Notes under the pieces: model-generated
The model's input: the letters and a program-made list of their open reading frames with translations, nothing else
Told to the model about the DNA's origin: nothing
The model's database searches: none
Source of the DNA: Eledone cirrhosa
Lineage: Eukaryota
Length of the DNA stretch: 64,000 nt
NCBI GenBank assembly: GCA_964016885.1
Contig: OZ024744.1
Location: 117,862,001 to 117,926,000 of the forward strand
Direction: 5' to 3'
Made by a program: the position numbers and the translations under genes
In this document: positions 23,028-42,800 of the stretch, in pieces
Layout of the letters: every line of letters starts with the position of its first letter
Position numbering within the stretch: the first letter of the stretch is position 1

Positions 23028-24472
23028 TCATCATCGTTTAACGTCCATTTTCCAAGCTAACATGAGTTAGGTGGTTTGTCCCATTTGAAGCAAGTTGTGT
23101 CAGGTGACCATACCTTGCTCATGTAGAACTATCTTGCCTTGGTTGATGTCCTTCCTAACGCCAACCACATTTACAGTGTATACTGGTTGCTCTTTGTTGT
23201 GACACGACTACTTTACAGTATGTATTGGGTACTTTTTGGCCTGTCACCTACATGACCACTTTACAGTATGGACTGGGTACTCTTTGTTGTGACACCTACA
23301 TGACCACTTTACAGTGTCGACTGGGTGCTTTTTGTCATGACACCATCATGACTACTTTACAGTGTGTACTGGGTATTTTTTGTCATGACACCATCATGAC
23401 TACTTTACAGTGTGTACTGAGTAGTTTTTGTCATGACCCCTACATGACCACTTTACAGTGTGTACTGGGTACTTTTTGTTGTGACACCTACATGACCATT
23501 TTACAGTGTCGACTGGGTGCTTTTGGTCATGACACCTACATGACCACTTTACAGTGTGTACTGGGTGCTTTTTGTTGTGACACCTACATGACCACTTTAC
23601 AGTGTGTACTGGGTATTTTTGCCATGACACCTACATGACCACTTTACAGTGTGTTCTGCGTATTTTTTGTCATGACACCTACATGACCACTTTACAGTGT
23701 GTACTGAGTAGTTTTTGCTGTGACACCTACATGACCACTTTACAGTGTGTACTGGGTACTTTTGTTGTGACACCTACATGACCACTTTACAGTGTGGACT
23801 GGGTGCTTTTTGTCATGACACCTACATGACCACTTTACAGTGTGTACTGGGTACATTTTGGTGTGACACCTACATGACCACTTTACAGTGTGTACTGGGT
23901 ACTTTTTGTTGTTACACCTACATGACCACTGTACAGTTCGAACTGGGTACTTTTTGTTGTGACACCTACATGACCACTTTACTGTGTGTACTGGGTACTT
24001 TTTGTTGTGACACCTACATGATCTCTTTACAGTGTGTACTGGGTACTTTTTGTTGTGACACCTACATGACCATTTTACAGTATGTACTGGGTGCTTTTGG
24101 TCATGACACCTACATGACCACTTTACAGTGTGTACTGGGTACTTTTTGTTGTCACACCTACATGACCACTTTACAGTGTGGACTGGGTACTTTTTGTCTT
24201 GACACATACATGACCACTTTACAGTGTGTACTGGGTACTTTTTGTTGTGACACCTACATGACTACTTTACAGTGTGTACTGGGTACTTCTTGTTGTGACA
24301 CCTTCATGACCACTTTACAGTGTGTACTGGGTACTTTTTGTTGTGACACCTACATGGCCACTTTACAGTGTGGACTGGGTGCTTTTGTTGTGACACCTAC
24401 ATGACCACTTTACAGTGTGTACTGGGTACTTTTTGTCATGTCACCTACATGACCACTTTACAATGTGGACTG
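23028..24472 (-). repeat. RTE-related tail element (23028-23165) extended by a 48-bp tandem array (~27 copies)
   Basis: CATCATCGTTTAACGTCC tail, then unit GACACCTACATGACCACTTTACAGTGTGTACTGGGTACTTTTTGTTGT. The homologous motif occurs in the RTE 3' UTR at 6283-6378. Confidence 0.93.
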
Positions 24473-24512
24473 TGATTTAATCTATGCACATACATCATTG
24501 ACAGTAAATATA

Positions 24513-25395
<883 letters not shown>

Positions 25396-25443
25396 GAATT
25401 TCTAATTCTTTTTTCTAATTTTTTTTTTTATTTTTCAATCCAG

Positions 25444-25662
25444 GGAATATTGGTCCTTCTGGGAATATTAGGTTGGCTGAAAATCCAAATTCCTCAACGA
25501 ACTTTGACCTTTTTGATGGTGAAGGCAATGTGAATGATTCCTATAATATAGAAGCATTGTCTCCACATGTTTCCCTCCAGGAAAGCCATGACAATTTTGG
25601 CACAAATGTCAATGAAGCTAATGAAGGTGTAACTGCTGAATCAGAAACTGTTACAAATTCAG
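25444..25662 (+). CDS. Putative internal coding exon of an unidentified host gene (219 nt, phase 1-1, acidic N/S/E-rich peptide)
   Basis: Branch-like TTCTAAT motifs, long poly-T tract and CAG acceptor (25441-43). Stop-free frame NIGPSGNIRLAENPNSS...ETVTNS. CAG/GTAACA donor at 25663. Not recognisable as a repeat. Confidence 0.65.
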
Positions 25663-25744
25663 GTAACAAACTTAATTTTACTTTTCTTTCTGTCAATTGT
25701 TTTGTTTTGTTTTTAACACATGTTACTATCATGGAATGAGTACA

Positions 25745-26040
25745 AATTTGCCAATGAAGACCTCGTCCAGGACCCCCATCTAAACCAGCCGGCTTTCACC
25801 TTCCTAAAAAGCAATGGGTCTCCCTTAATCAGATTACAACAACACATGCCAGGGTAACCCATCATCTACATTGATGGTAAATGAAAGACAGTGCATCATG
25901 TGACTGTGGGGGCCCTGACCAGATAGTGCTGTATGTTGCCCAGGATTTCCCTCAGACATTTTTCCGGTAGCCTGGAATCAATCCATAATGCTGCAATTAA
26001 GATCTTCATCTGGCTTACCAGTCTTGGCCTCTCTCTAACT
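25745..26040 (+). mobile_element. Ingi/Vingi-like LINE 3' remnant
   Basis: Reads PAGFHLPKKQWVSLNQI...W*MKDSASCDCGGPDQ...GSLESIH...WL, with stops. Confidence 0.6.
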
Positions 26041-26074
26041 ATTGTGCATATACCACACTACAACAAGATCATTA

Positions 26075-26225
26075 TAGGTAGGGAATTGTCAGTCGTTAGA
26101 ACATCAGATAGAATATTTTGTGGTATTTATTTCAGTTCTCTTTTCTCGGAGTTCAAATCCCACTGAGGTCAATTTTGCCTTTCATCCATTTGAGGTAGAT
26201 AAACTACCAGTTTTGTACTTGGGTC
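26075..26225 (+). mobile_element. SINE family A-like, decayed
   Basis: GAGTTCAAATCC B box and TTGCCTTTCATCC core. Confidence 0.7.
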
Positions 26226-26864
26226 TATTCTCCCTCTATCTTTCTCTGGAAGAAATCTGCTGTATTCAGACCTGGAGAGGAGATTAACTCCTCCAAATTT
26301 TAAAATACCCCCAGAAACCCAAACCCCGTATGTTAATGCAGTGCCCCTACAACTGCCAAAGGAGTTACAGGACCATGCATTATCATCATCTTTTTACATC
26401 TACCTTTCCTAATACCAGCCCTTATAGTCACATCAAATGACACACAGGGATACAGTGTATCTATCCCAAAAGCCAGGTTGTCAATGGTAAATTAGCTTCA
26501 TTAAAATTTTCTAAATTTATGTAAAATTAATAAATTGGCTGATTGTTTTAACAGATTTGATAGAGCATCAACCAAAATACCTTTGGTATTTATAATGTGG
26601 ACTGGGCGGTTTTTTTTTTCTTGGTGGGGGGGGGGGGGGGGTTTCACTGTTATGACTACCTTAGAAGGTAGACTGGGTACTTTTTATCATGTCACCAGCA
26701 TGACCAACTTGTTCTGTTTAAATACATGGCACTTGTTAATAACCTTCATTACCAGTATCTGTACTGAAGCAATCAGTCTAGGAGAGCAGTGACACAACAG
26801 AAATGTGTATTAAAGTAGGGGAGATACTTAACTCCCTTGGCAGGTAACATCTCTAGTGTTTGTG

Positions 26865-27257
26865 ACATAAAATACACCCAGTACACTCTGTAAAATAGTA
26901 CTTGTGGTGTCATGATAAAATACACCCAGTTCACTCTGTAATGTGGTAGTGTTGGCGTCATGATAAAATACACCCAGTACACTCTGTAATGTGGTAGTGG
27001 TGGTGTCATGGTAAAATACATCCAGTACACTCTGTAATGTGGTAGTGTTGGTGTCATGATAAAATACACCCAGTACACTCTGTAATGTGGTAGTGTCATG
27101 ATAAAATACACCCAGTACACTCTGTAATGTGGTAGTGTTGGTGTCATGATAAAATACACCCAGTACACTCTGTAATGTGGTAGTGGTGGTGTCATGATAA
27201 AATACACCCAGTACACTCTGTAATGTGGTAGTGGTGGTGTCATGATAAAATACACCA
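26865..27257 (+). repeat. 48-bp tandem repeat, ~8 copies
   Basis: Unit AAAATACACCCAGTACACTCTGTAATGTGGTAGTGTTGGTGTCATGAT, a diverged and inverted relative of the 23-24 kb unit. Confidence 0.92.
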
Positions 27258-27539
27258 TATTGCCATACAGGGAGGACAGTGTCTTATTTTTCTTGTCATA
27301 ACAGCAGCATTATGTGAAGTGGAGGAGATTTGGAGTGTGTCGAGCTTTTCATGCTTGTATGGGTTGAACATAACAGGAGGGGTACCTGAGGAGTGTAGGT
27401 GAGAATGTAGAGATGGATGAACTGAGTGGGATATTTTTTTGTTGGTGACGGCAAGGTATTTAGACTGGGAAGGGTGAATAGATCAGGGAAATGATTGGTG
27501 CGGGCTTGTGAACATGTTTCATTCTATACACATGGGAAG

Positions 27540-27795
27540 GTGGGTCTTCTGCAGTACTGCCTAACACCAGAGATTTCGATCCGGTGCTATCTCGTTTGTG
27601 ATGTTTAATTGTGCAAAGTCAGCTTTTGTCACTTCATCCCAAGCTTTCCTAGGTCTTCCACTTCCATATTTTCCATCAACTTTGAGTGCCGTGCTCCTTT
27701 TACTAAAGCTACCATCCTCTATATGCATCACATGTTCAAACCCCCACAACCTCCTCTCCTGCACACTACATCTAATCCCTTCTTCTCCCTCTTAT
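27540..27795 (-). mobile_element. RTE C-terminal remnant
   Basis: ORF 27561..27764 reads QERRLWGFEHV...GRPRKAWDEV...DRNLW. Confidence 0.75.
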
Positions 27796-27865
27796 TCCTG
27801 TGAGGGTCATGGGGCAAGTGTCCTCAAACACTCCTTCCTGCAAGTCCTGTCAGAAGCAGCCCTTT

Positions 27866-30800
27866 CAGACAGACAGACACTGATATACACAGACAGACAC
27901 TGATATACACAGACAGACACTGATATACACAGACAGATACTGATATACACAGACACACACTGATATACACAGACAGACACTGATATACACAGACACACAC
28001 TGATATACACAGACAGACACTGATATACACAGACACTGATATACACAGACACACACTGATATACACAGACACACACTGATATACACAGACACACACTGAT
28101 ATACACAGACACACACTGATATACACACACACACTGGTATACACAGACACACACTGGTATACACAGACACACACTGGTATACACAGACAGACACTGATAT
28201 ACACAGACAGACACTGATATACACAGAGAGACACTGATATACACAGACACTGATATACACAGACACAAACTGATATACACAGACACACACTGATATACAC
28301 AGACACACACTGATATACACAGACACACACTGATATACACAGACAGACACTGATATACACAGACACACACTGATATACACAAACAGACACTGATATACAC
28401 AGACAGACACTGATATACACAGACAGACACTGATATACACAGACAGACACTGATATACACAGACAGACACTGATATACACAGACACACACTGATATACAC
28501 AGACACACACTGATATACATAGACACACACTGGTATACACAGACACACTGATATACACAGACACACACTAATATACACAGACACACACTGATATACACAG
28601 ACACACACTGATATATACAGACACACACTGGTATACACAGACATACACTGATATACACAGACAGACACTGATATACACAGACACTGATATACACAGACAG
28701 ACACTGATATACACAGACACACACTGATATACACAGACACACACTGATATACACAGACACACACTGATATACACAGACACACACTGTTATACACAGACAC
28801 ACACTGGTATACACAGACAGACACTGATATACACAGACAGGCACTGATATACACATACAGACACTGATATACACAGACACACACTGATATACACAGACAC
28901 ACACTGATATACACAGACAGATACTGATATACACAGACACACACTGATATACACAGACACACACTGATATACATAGACACACACTGATATACACAGACAT
29001 ACACTGATATACACAGACACACACTGATATACACAGACACACACTGATATACACAGACAGACACTGATATACACAGACACTGATATACACAGACACTGAT
29101 ATACACAGACACACACTGATATACACAGACACACACTGATATACACAGACACACACTGATATACACAGACACACACTGGTATACACAGACACACACTGGT
29201 ATACACAGACACACACTGGTATACACAGACACACACTGGTATACACAGACACACACTGGTATACACAGACACACACTGGTATACACAGACAGACACTGAT
29301 ATACACAGACAGACACTGATATACACAGACACTGATATACACAGGCACAAACTGATATACACAGACAGACACTGATATACACAGACAGACACTGATATAC
29401 ATAGACACATACTGATATACACAGACACACACTGATATACACAGACAGACACTGATATACACAAACACACACTGATATACACAGACACACACTGATATAC
29501 ACAGACACTGATATACACAGACACACACTGATATACACAGACACACACTGATATACACAGACACACACTGGTATACACAGACACTGATATACACAGACAG
29601 ACACTGATATACATAGACACACACTGATATACACAGACAGACACTGATATACACAGACACACACTGATATATACAGACACTCACTGATATACACAGACAC
29701 ACACTGATATACACAGACACACACTGATATACACAGACACACACTGATATACACAGACACACACTGATATACACAGACACACACTGATATACACAGACAC
29801 ACACTGATATACACAGACACACACTGATATACACAGACACACACTGGTATACACAGACACTGATATACACAGACAGACACTGATATACACAGACACACAC
29901 TGATATACACAGACAGACATTGATATACACAGACAGACACTAATATACACAGACAGACACTGGTATACACAGACACACACTAATATACACAGACAGACAC
30001 TGATATAGACACACACTTATATACACAGACAGATACTGATATACACAGACACACACTGGTATACACAGACACTGATATACACAGACACACACTGATATAC
30101 ACAGACACTGATATACACAGACACACACTGATATACACAGACAGACACTGATATACACAGACACACACTGATATACACAGACACACACTGGTATACACAG
30201 ACACACACTGATATATACAGACACTCACTGATATACACAGACACTCACTGATATACACAGACACACACTGATATACACAGACACACACTGATATACACAG
30301 ACAGACACTGATATACACAGACACACACTGATATACACAGACACACACTGGTATACACAGGCACTGATATACACAGACACACACTGATATACACAGACAG
30401 ACACTAATATACACAGACACACACTAATATACACAGACAGACACTGATATACAGACACACACTTATATACACAGACAGATACTGATATACACAGACACAC
30501 ACTGGTATACACAGACACTGATATACAGACACACACTGATATACACAGACACTGATATACACAGACAGACACTGATATACACAGACACACACTGATATAC
30601 ACAAACACACACTGGTATACACAGACACTGATATACACAGACAGACACTGATATACACAGACGGACACTGATATACACAGACAGACACTGATATACACAG
30701 ACAGACACTGATATACACAGACAGACACTGATATACACAGACAGACACTGATATACACAGACACACACTGATATACACAGACACACACTGGTATACACAG

Positions 30801-33800
30801 ACACACACTGGTATACACAGACACACACTGATATACACAGACACACACTGATATACACAGACACAACTGATATACACAGACACACACTGATATACACAGA
30901 CACACACTGGTATACACAGACACACACTGGTATACACAGACACACACTGATATACACAGACACACACTGATATACACAGACACACACTGATATACACAGA
31001 CACACACTGATATACACAGACAGACACTAATATACACAGACACACACTGATATACACAGACACACACTGATATACACAGACACACACTGATATACACAGA
31101 CACACACTGATATACACAGACAGACACTGATATACACAGACACACACTGATATACACAGACAGACACTGATATACACAGACAGACACTGATATACACAGA
31201 CAGACACTGATATACACAGACACACACTGATATACATAGACACACACTGGTATACACAGACAGACACTGATATACACAGACAGACACTGATATACACAGA
31301 CACTGATATACACAGACACACACTGATATACACAGACACACACTGATATACACAGACAGACACTGATATACACAGACACTGATATACACAGACACACACT
31401 GATATACACAGACACACACTGTTATACACAGACACACACTGGTATACACAGACAGACACTGATATACACAGACACACACTGATATACACAGACACACACT
31501 GGTATACACAGACACACACTGATATACACAGACAGATACTGATATACACAGACACACACTGATATACATAGACACACACTGATATACACAGACAGACACT
31601 GATATACACAGACACACACTGATATACACAGACACACACTGATATACACAGACACACACTGATATACACAGACACACACTGATATACACAGACACACACT
31701 GATATACACAGACACACACTGGTATACACAGACACTGATATACACAGACAGACACTGATATACACAGACACACACTGATATACACAGACAGACACTGATA
31801 TACACAGACAGACACTGATATACACAGACAGACACTGGTATACACAGACACACACTAATATACACAGACAAACACTGATATACAGACACACACTGATATA
31901 CACAGACAGATATTGATATACACAGACACACACTGGTATACACAGACACTGATATACACAGACACACACTGATATACACAGACACTGATATACAGACACA
32001 CACTGATATACACAGACAGATACTGATATACACAGACAGACACTGATATACACAGACACACACTGATATACACAGACAGACACTGATATACACAGACACT
32101 GATATACACAGACAGACACTGATATACACAGACACACACTGATATACACAGACACACACTGATATACACAGACACTGATATACACAGACACACACTAATA
32201 TACACAGACAGACACTGATATACACAGACACACACTGATATACACAGACACACACTGGTATACACAGACACTGATATACACAGACAGACACTGATATACA
32301 TAGACACACACTGATATACATAGACACACACTGATATACACAGACAGACACTGATATATACAGACACACACTGATATACACAGACACACACTGATATACA
32401 CAGACACACACTGATATACACAGACACACACTGATATACACAGACACACACTGGTATACACAGACACTAATATACACAGACAGACACTGATATACACAGA
32501 CAGACACTGATATACACAGACACACACTGATATACACAGACACACACTGATATACGCAGACAGACACTAATATACACAGACAGACACTGGTATACACAGA
32601 CACACACTAATATACACTGACAGACACTGATATACAGACACACACTGATATACACAGACAGATATTGATATACACAGACACACACTGGTATACACAGACA
32701 CTGATATACACAGACAATGATATACACAGACAGACACTGATATACACAGACACACACTGGTATACACAGACACACACTGATATACACAGACACTGATATA
32801 CACAGACAGACACTGATATACACACACGGACACTGATATACACAGACGGACACTGATATACACAGACAGACACTGATATACACAGACAGACACTGATATA
32901 CACAGACAGACACTGATATACACAGACACACACTGATATACACAGACACACACTGGTATACACAGACACACACTGGTATACACAGACACACACTGATATA
33001 CACAGACACACACTGATATACACAGACACACACTGATATACACAGACACAACTGATATACACAGACACACACTGATATACACAGACACACACTGGTATAC
33101 ACAGACACACACTGGTATACACAGACACACACTGATATACACAGACACACACTGATATACACAGACACACACTGATATACGCAGACAGACACTATTATAC
33201 ACAGACACACACTGATATACACAGACACACACTGATATACACAGACACACACTGATATACACAGACACACACTGATATACACAGACAGACACTGATATAC
33301 ACAGACACACACTGATATACACAGACACACACTGATATACACAGACACACACTGATATACACAGACAGACACTGATATACACAGACAGACACTGATATAC
33401 ACAGACAGACTCTGATATACACAGACAGACACTGATATACACAGACACACTGATATACATAGACACACACTGGTATACACAGACAGACACTGATATACAC
33501 AGACACACACTGATATACACAGACACTGATATACACAGACACACACTGATATACACAGACACACACTGATATACACAGACAGACACTGATATACACAGAC
33601 ACTGATATACACAGACACTGATATACACAGACACACACTGATATACACAGACACACACTGTTATACACAGACACACACTGGTATACACAGACAGACACTG
33701 ATATACACATACAGACACTGATATACACAGACACACACTGATATACACAGACAGATACTGATATACACAGACACACACTGATATACACAGACACACACTG

Positions 33801-36800
33801 ATATACACAGACACACACTGATATACATAGACACACACTGATATACACAGACATACACTGATATACACAGACACACACTGATATACACAGACACACACTG
33901 ATATACACAGACAGACACTGATATACACAGACACTGATATACACAGACACACACTGATATACACAGACACACACTGATATACACAGACACACACTGATAT
34001 ACACAGACACACACTGGTATACACAGACACACACTGGTATACACAGACACACACTGGTATACACAGACACACACTGGTATACACAGACACACACTGGTAT
34101 ACACAGACAGACACTGATATACACAGACAGACACTGATATACACAGACACTGATATACACAGGCACAAACTGATATACACAGACAGACACTGATATACAC
34201 AGACAGACACTGATATACATAGACACATACTGATATACACAGACACACACTGATATACACAGACAGACACTGATATACACAAACACACACTGATATACAC
34301 AGACACACACTGATATACACAGACACTGATATACACAGACACACACTGATATACACAGACACACACTGATATACACAGACACACACTGGTATACACAGAC
34401 ACTGATATACACAGACAGACACTGATATACATAGACACACACTGATATACACAGACAGACACTGATATACACAGACACACACTGATATATACAGACACTC
34501 ACTGATATACACAGACACACACTGATATACACAGACACACACTGATATACACAGACACACACTGATATACACAGACACACACTGATATACACAGACACAC
34601 ACTGATATACACAGACACACACTGATATACACAGACACACACTGATATACACAGACACACACTGGTATACACAGACACTGATATACACAGACAGACACTG
34701 ATATACACAGACACACACTGATATACACAGACAGACATTGATATACACAGACAGACACTAATATACACAGACAGACACTGGTATACACAGACACACACTA
34801 ATATACACAGACAGACACTGATATAGACACACACTTATATACACACACAGATACTGATATACACAGACACACACTGGTATACACAGACACTGATATACAC
34901 AGACACACACTGATATACACAGACACTGATATACACAGACACACACTGATATACACAGACAGACACTGATATACACAGACACACACTGATATACACAGAC
35001 ACACACTGGTATACACAGACACACACTGATATATACAGACACTCACTGATATACACAGACACTCACTGATATACACAGACACACACTGATATACACAGAC
35101 ACACACTGATATACACAGACAGACACTGATATACACAGACACACACTGATATACACAGACACACACTGGTATACACAGGCACTGATATACACAGACAGAC
35201 ACTGATATACACAGACACACACTGATATACACAGACAGACATTGATATACACAGACAGACACTGATATACACAGACAGACACTGGTATACACAGACACAC
35301 ACTAATATACACAGACAGACACTGATATACAGACACACACTGATTTACACAGACAGATACTGATATACACAGACACACACTGGTATACACAGACAGACAC
35401 TGATATACACAGACAGACACTGATATACACAGACAGACACTGATATACACAGACACTGATATACACAGGCACAAACTGATATACACAGACACACACAGAT
35501 ATACACAGACACTTATATACACAGACACACACTGATATACACAGACACTGATATACACAGACAGACACTGATATACACAGACACACACTGATATACACAG
35601 ACACACACTGATATACACAGACACACACTGATATACACAGACAGACACTGATATACACAGACAGACACTGATATACACAGACACACACTGATATACACAG
35701 ACACACACTGATATACACAGACACACACTGGTATACACAGACATACACTGATATACACAGACACTGATATACACAGACAGACACTGATATACACAGACAC
35801 TGATATACACAGACACACACTGATATACACAGACACGCACTGATATACACAGACAGACACTGATATACACAGACAGACACTGATATACATAGACACATAC
35901 TGATATACACAGACACTGATATACACAGACAGAGACTGATATACACAGACACACACTGATATACACAGACACACACTGATATACACAGACAGACACTGAT
36001 ATACACAGACACACACTGATATACACAGACACTGATATACACAGACAGACACTGATATACACAGACACACACTGATATACACAGACACACACTGATATAC
36101 ACAGACACACGCTGATATACACAGACAGACACTGATATACACAGACACACACTGATATACACAGACACACACTGATATACACAGACACTGATATACACAG
36201 ACACACACTGATATACACAGACAGACACTGATATACACAGACACACACTGATATACACAGACACACACTGGTATACACAGACACTGATATACACAGACAG
36301 ACACTGATATACATAGACACACACTGATATACACAGACAGACACTGATATACACAGACACACACTGATATATACAGACACTCACTGATATACCCAGACAC
36401 ACACTGATATACCCAGACACACACTGATATACACAGACACACACTGATATACACAGACACACACTGATATACACAGACACACACTGGTATACACAGACAC
36501 ACACTGGTATACACAGACACTGATATACACAGACACACACTGATATACACAGACAGACACTAATATACACAGACACACACTAATATACACAGACAGACAC
36601 TGATATACAGACACACACTTATATACACAGACAGATACTGATATACACAGACACACACTGGTATACACAGACACTGATATACAGACACACACTGATATAC
36701 ACAGACACTGATATACACAGACAGACACTGATATACACAGACACACACTGATATACACAAACACACACTGGTATACACAGACACTGATATACACAGACAG

Positions 36801-39800
36801 ACACTGATATACACAGACGGACACTGATATACACAGACAGACACTGATATACACAGACAGACACTGATATACACAGACAGACACTGATATACACAGACAG
36901 ACACTGATATACACAGACACACACTGATATACACAGACACACACTGGTATACACAGACACACACTGGTATACACAGACACACACTGATATACACAGACGC
37001 ACACTGATATACACAGACACAACTGATATACACAGACACACACTGATATACACAGACACACACTGGTATACACAGACACACACTGGTATACACAGACACA
37101 CACTGATATACACAGACACACACTGATATACACAGACACACACTGATATACACAGACAGACACTAATATACACAGACACACACTGATATACACAGACACA
37201 CACTGATATACACAGACACACACTGATATACACAGACACACACTGATATACACAGACAGACACTGATATACACAGACACACACTGATATACACAGACAGA
37301 CACTGATATACACAGACAGACACTGATATACACAGACAGACACTGATATACACAGACAGACACTGATATACACAGACACACACTGATATACATAGACACA
37401 CACTGGTATACACAGACAGACACTGATATACACAGACAGACACTGATATACACAGACACTGATATACACAGACACACACTGATATACACAGACACACACT
37501 GATATACACAGACAGACACTGATATACACAGACACTGATATACACAGACACACACTGATATACACAGACACACACTGTTATACACAGACACACACTGGTA
37601 TACACAGACAGACACTGATATACACAAACAGACACTGATATACACAGACACACACTGATATACACAGACACACACTGGTATACACAGACACACACTGATA
37701 TACACAGACAGATACTGATATACACAGACACACACTGATATACATAGACACACACTGATATACACAGACAGACACTGATATACACAGACACACACTGATA
37801 TACACAGACACACACTGATATACACAGACACACACTGATATACACAGACACACACTGATATACACAGACACACACTGATATACACAGACACACACTGGTA
37901 TACACAGACACTGATATACACAGACAGACACTGATATACACAGACACACACTGATATACACAGACAGACACTGATATACACAGACAGACACTGATATACA
38001 CAGACAGACACTGGTATACACAGACACACACTAATATACACAGACAAACACTGATATACAGACACACACTGATATACACAGACAGATATTGATATACACA
38101 GACACACACTGGTATACACAGACACTGATATACACAGACACACACTGATATACACAGACACTGATATACAGACACACACTGATATACACAGACAGATACT
38201 GATATACACAGACAGACACTGATATACACAGACACACACTGATATACACAGACAGACACTGATATACACAGACACTGATATACACAGACAGACACTGATA
38301 TACACAGACACACACTGATATACACAGACACACACTGATATACACAGACACTGATATACACAGACACACACTAATATACACAGACAGACACTGATATACA
38401 CAGACACACACTGATATACACAGACACACACTGGTATACACAGACACTGATATACACAGACAGACACTGATATACATAGACACACACTGATATACATAGA
38501 CACACACTGATATACACAGACAGACACTGATATATACAGACACACACTGATATACACAGACACACACTGATATACACAGACACACACTGATATACACAGA
38601 CACACACTGATATACACAGACACACACTGATATACACAGACACACACTGGTATACACAGACACTAATATACACAGACAGACACTGATATACACAGACAGA
38701 CACTGATATACACAGACACACACTGATATACACAGACACACACTGATATACGCAGACAGACACTGATATACACAGACAGACACTGGTATACACAGACACA
38801 CACTAATATACACTGACAGACACTGATATACAGACACACACTGATATACACAGACAGATATTGATATACACAGACACACACTGGTATACACAGACACTGA
38901 TATACACAGACAATGATATACACAGACAGACACTGATATACACAGACACACACTGGTATACACAGACACACACTGATATACACAGACACTGATATACACA
39001 GACAGACACTGATATACACAGACGGACACTGATATACACAGACGGACACTGATATACACAGACAGACACTGATATACACAGACAGACACTGATATACACA
39101 GACAGACACTGATATACACAGACACACACTGATATACACAGACACACACTGGTATACACAGACACACACTGGTATACACAGACACACACTGATATACACA
39201 GACACACACTGATATACACAGACACACACTGATATACACAGACACAACTGATATACACAGACACACACTGATATACACAGACACACACTGGTATACACAG
39301 ACACACACTGGTATACACAGACACACACTGATATACACAGACACTGATATACACAGACACACACTGATATACACAGACACGCACTGATATACACAGACAG
39401 ACACTGATATACACAGACAGACACTGATATACATAGACACATACTGATATACACAGACACTGATATACACAGACAGAGACTGATATACACAGACACACAC
39501 TGATATACACAGACACACACTGATATACACAGACAGACACTGATATACACAGACACACACTGATATACACAGACACTGATATACACAGACAGACACTGAT
39601 ATACACAGACACACACTGATATACACAGACACACACTGATATACACAGACACACGCTGATATACACAGACAGACACTGATATACACAGACACACACTGAT
39701 ATACACAGACACACACTGATATACACAGACACTGATATACACAGACACACACTGATATACACAGACAGACACTGATATACACAGACACACACTGATATAC

Positions 39801-42800
39801 ACAGACACACACTGGTATACACAGACACTGATATACACAGACAGACACTGATATACATAGACACACACTGATATACACAGACAGACACTGATATACACAG
39901 ACACACACTGATATATACAGACACTCACTGATATACCCAGACACACACTGATATACCCAGACACACACTGATATACACAGACACACACTGATATACACAG
40001 ACACACACTGATATACACAGACACACACTGGTATACACAGACACACACTGGTATACACAGACACTGATATACACAGACACACACTGATATACACAGACAG
40101 ACACTAATATACACAGACACACACTAATATACACAGACAGACACTGATATACAGACACACACTTATATACACAGACAGATACTGATATACACAGACACAC
40201 ACTGGTATACACAGACACTGATATACAGACACACACTGATATACACAGACACTGATATACACAGACAGACACTGATATACACAGACACACACTGATATAC
40301 ACAAACACACACTGGTATACACAGACACTGATATACACAGACAGACACTGATATACACAGACGGACACTGATATACACAGACAGACACTGATATACACAG
40401 ACAGACACTGATATACACAGACAGACACTGATATACACAGACAGACACTGATATACACAGACACACACTGATATACACAGACACACACTGGTATACACAG
40501 ACACACACTGGTATACACAGACACACACTGATATACACAGACGCACACTGATATACACAGACACAACTGATATACACAGACACACACTGATATACACAGA
40601 CACACACTGGTATACACAGACACACACTGGTATACACAGACACACACTGATATACACAGACACACACTGATATACACAGACACACACTGATATACACAGA
40701 CAGACACTAATATACACAGACACACACTGATATACACAGACACACACTGATATACACAGACACACACTGATATACACAGACACACACTGATATACACAGA
40801 CAGACACTGATATACACAGACACACACTGATATACACAGACAGACACTGATATACACAGACAGACACTGATATACACAGACAGACACTGATATACACAGA
40901 CAGACACTGATATACACAGACACACACTGATATACATAGACACACACTGGTATACACAGACAGACACTGATATACACAGACAGACACTGATATACACAGA
41001 CACTGATATACACAGACACACACTGATATACACAGACACACACTGATATACACAGACAGACACTGATATACACAGACACTGATATACACAGACACACACT
41101 GATATACACAGACACACACTGTTATACACAGACACACACTGGTATACACAGACAGACACTGATATACACAAACAGACACTGATATACACAGACACACACT
41201 GATATACACAGACACACACTGGTATACACAGACACACACTGATATACACAGACAGATACTGATATACACAGACACACACTGATATACATAGACACACACT
41301 GATATACACAGACAGACACTGATATACACAGACACACACTGATATACACAGACACACACTGATATACACAGACACACACTGATATACACAGACACACACT
41401 GATATACACAGACACACACTGATATACACAGACACACACTGGTATACACAGACACTGATATACACAGACAGACACTGATATACACAGACACACACTGATA
41501 TACACAGACAGACACTGATATACACAGACAGACACTGATATACACAGACAGACACTGGTATACACAGACACACACTAATATACACAGACAAACACTGATA
41601 TACAGACACACACTGATATACACAGACAGATATTGATATACACAGACACACACTGGTATACACAGACACTGATATACACAGACACACACTGATATACACA
41701 GACACTGATATACAGACACACACTGATATACACAGACAGATACTGATATACACAGACAGACACTGATATACACAGACACACACTGATATACACAGACAGA
41801 CACTGATATACACAGACACTGATATACACAGACAGACACTGATATACACAGACACACACTGATATACACAGACACACACTGATATACACAGACACTGATA
41901 TACACAGACACACACTAATATACACAGACAGACACTGATATACACAGACACACACTGATATACACAGACACACACTGGTATACACAGACACTGATATACA
42001 CAGACAGACACTGATATACATAGACACACACTGATATACATAGACACACACTGATATACACAGACAGACACTGATATATACAGACACACACTGATATACA
42101 CAGACACACACTGATATACACAGACACACACTGATATACACAGACACACACTGATATACACAGACACACACTGATATACACAGACACACACTGGTATACA
42201 CAGACACTAATATACACAGACAGACACTGATATACACAGACAGACACTGATATACACAGACACACACTGATATACACAGACACACACTGATATACGCAGA
42301 CAGACACTGATATACACAGACAGACACTGGTATACACAGACACACACTAATATACACTGACAGACACTGATATACAGACACACACTGATATACACAGACA
42401 GATATTGATATACACAGACACACACTGGTATACACAGACACTGATATACACAGACAATGATATACACAGACAGACACTGATATACACAGACACACACTGG
42501 TATACACAGACACACACTGATATACACAGACACTGATATACACAGACAGACACTGATATACACAGACGGACACTGATATACACAGACGGACACTGATATA
42601 CACAGACAGACACTGATATACACAGACAGACACTGATATACACAGACAGACACTGATATACACAGACACACACTGATATACACAGACACACACTGGTATA
42701 CACAGACACACACTGGTATACACAGACACACACTGATATACACAGACACACACTGATATACACAGACACACACTGATATACACAGACACAACTGATATAC

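Noticed and set aside
23225-24404. Cys-rich metallothionein-like ORFs
   Set aside because: These are translations of the 48-bp array derived from non-coding 3' UTR.
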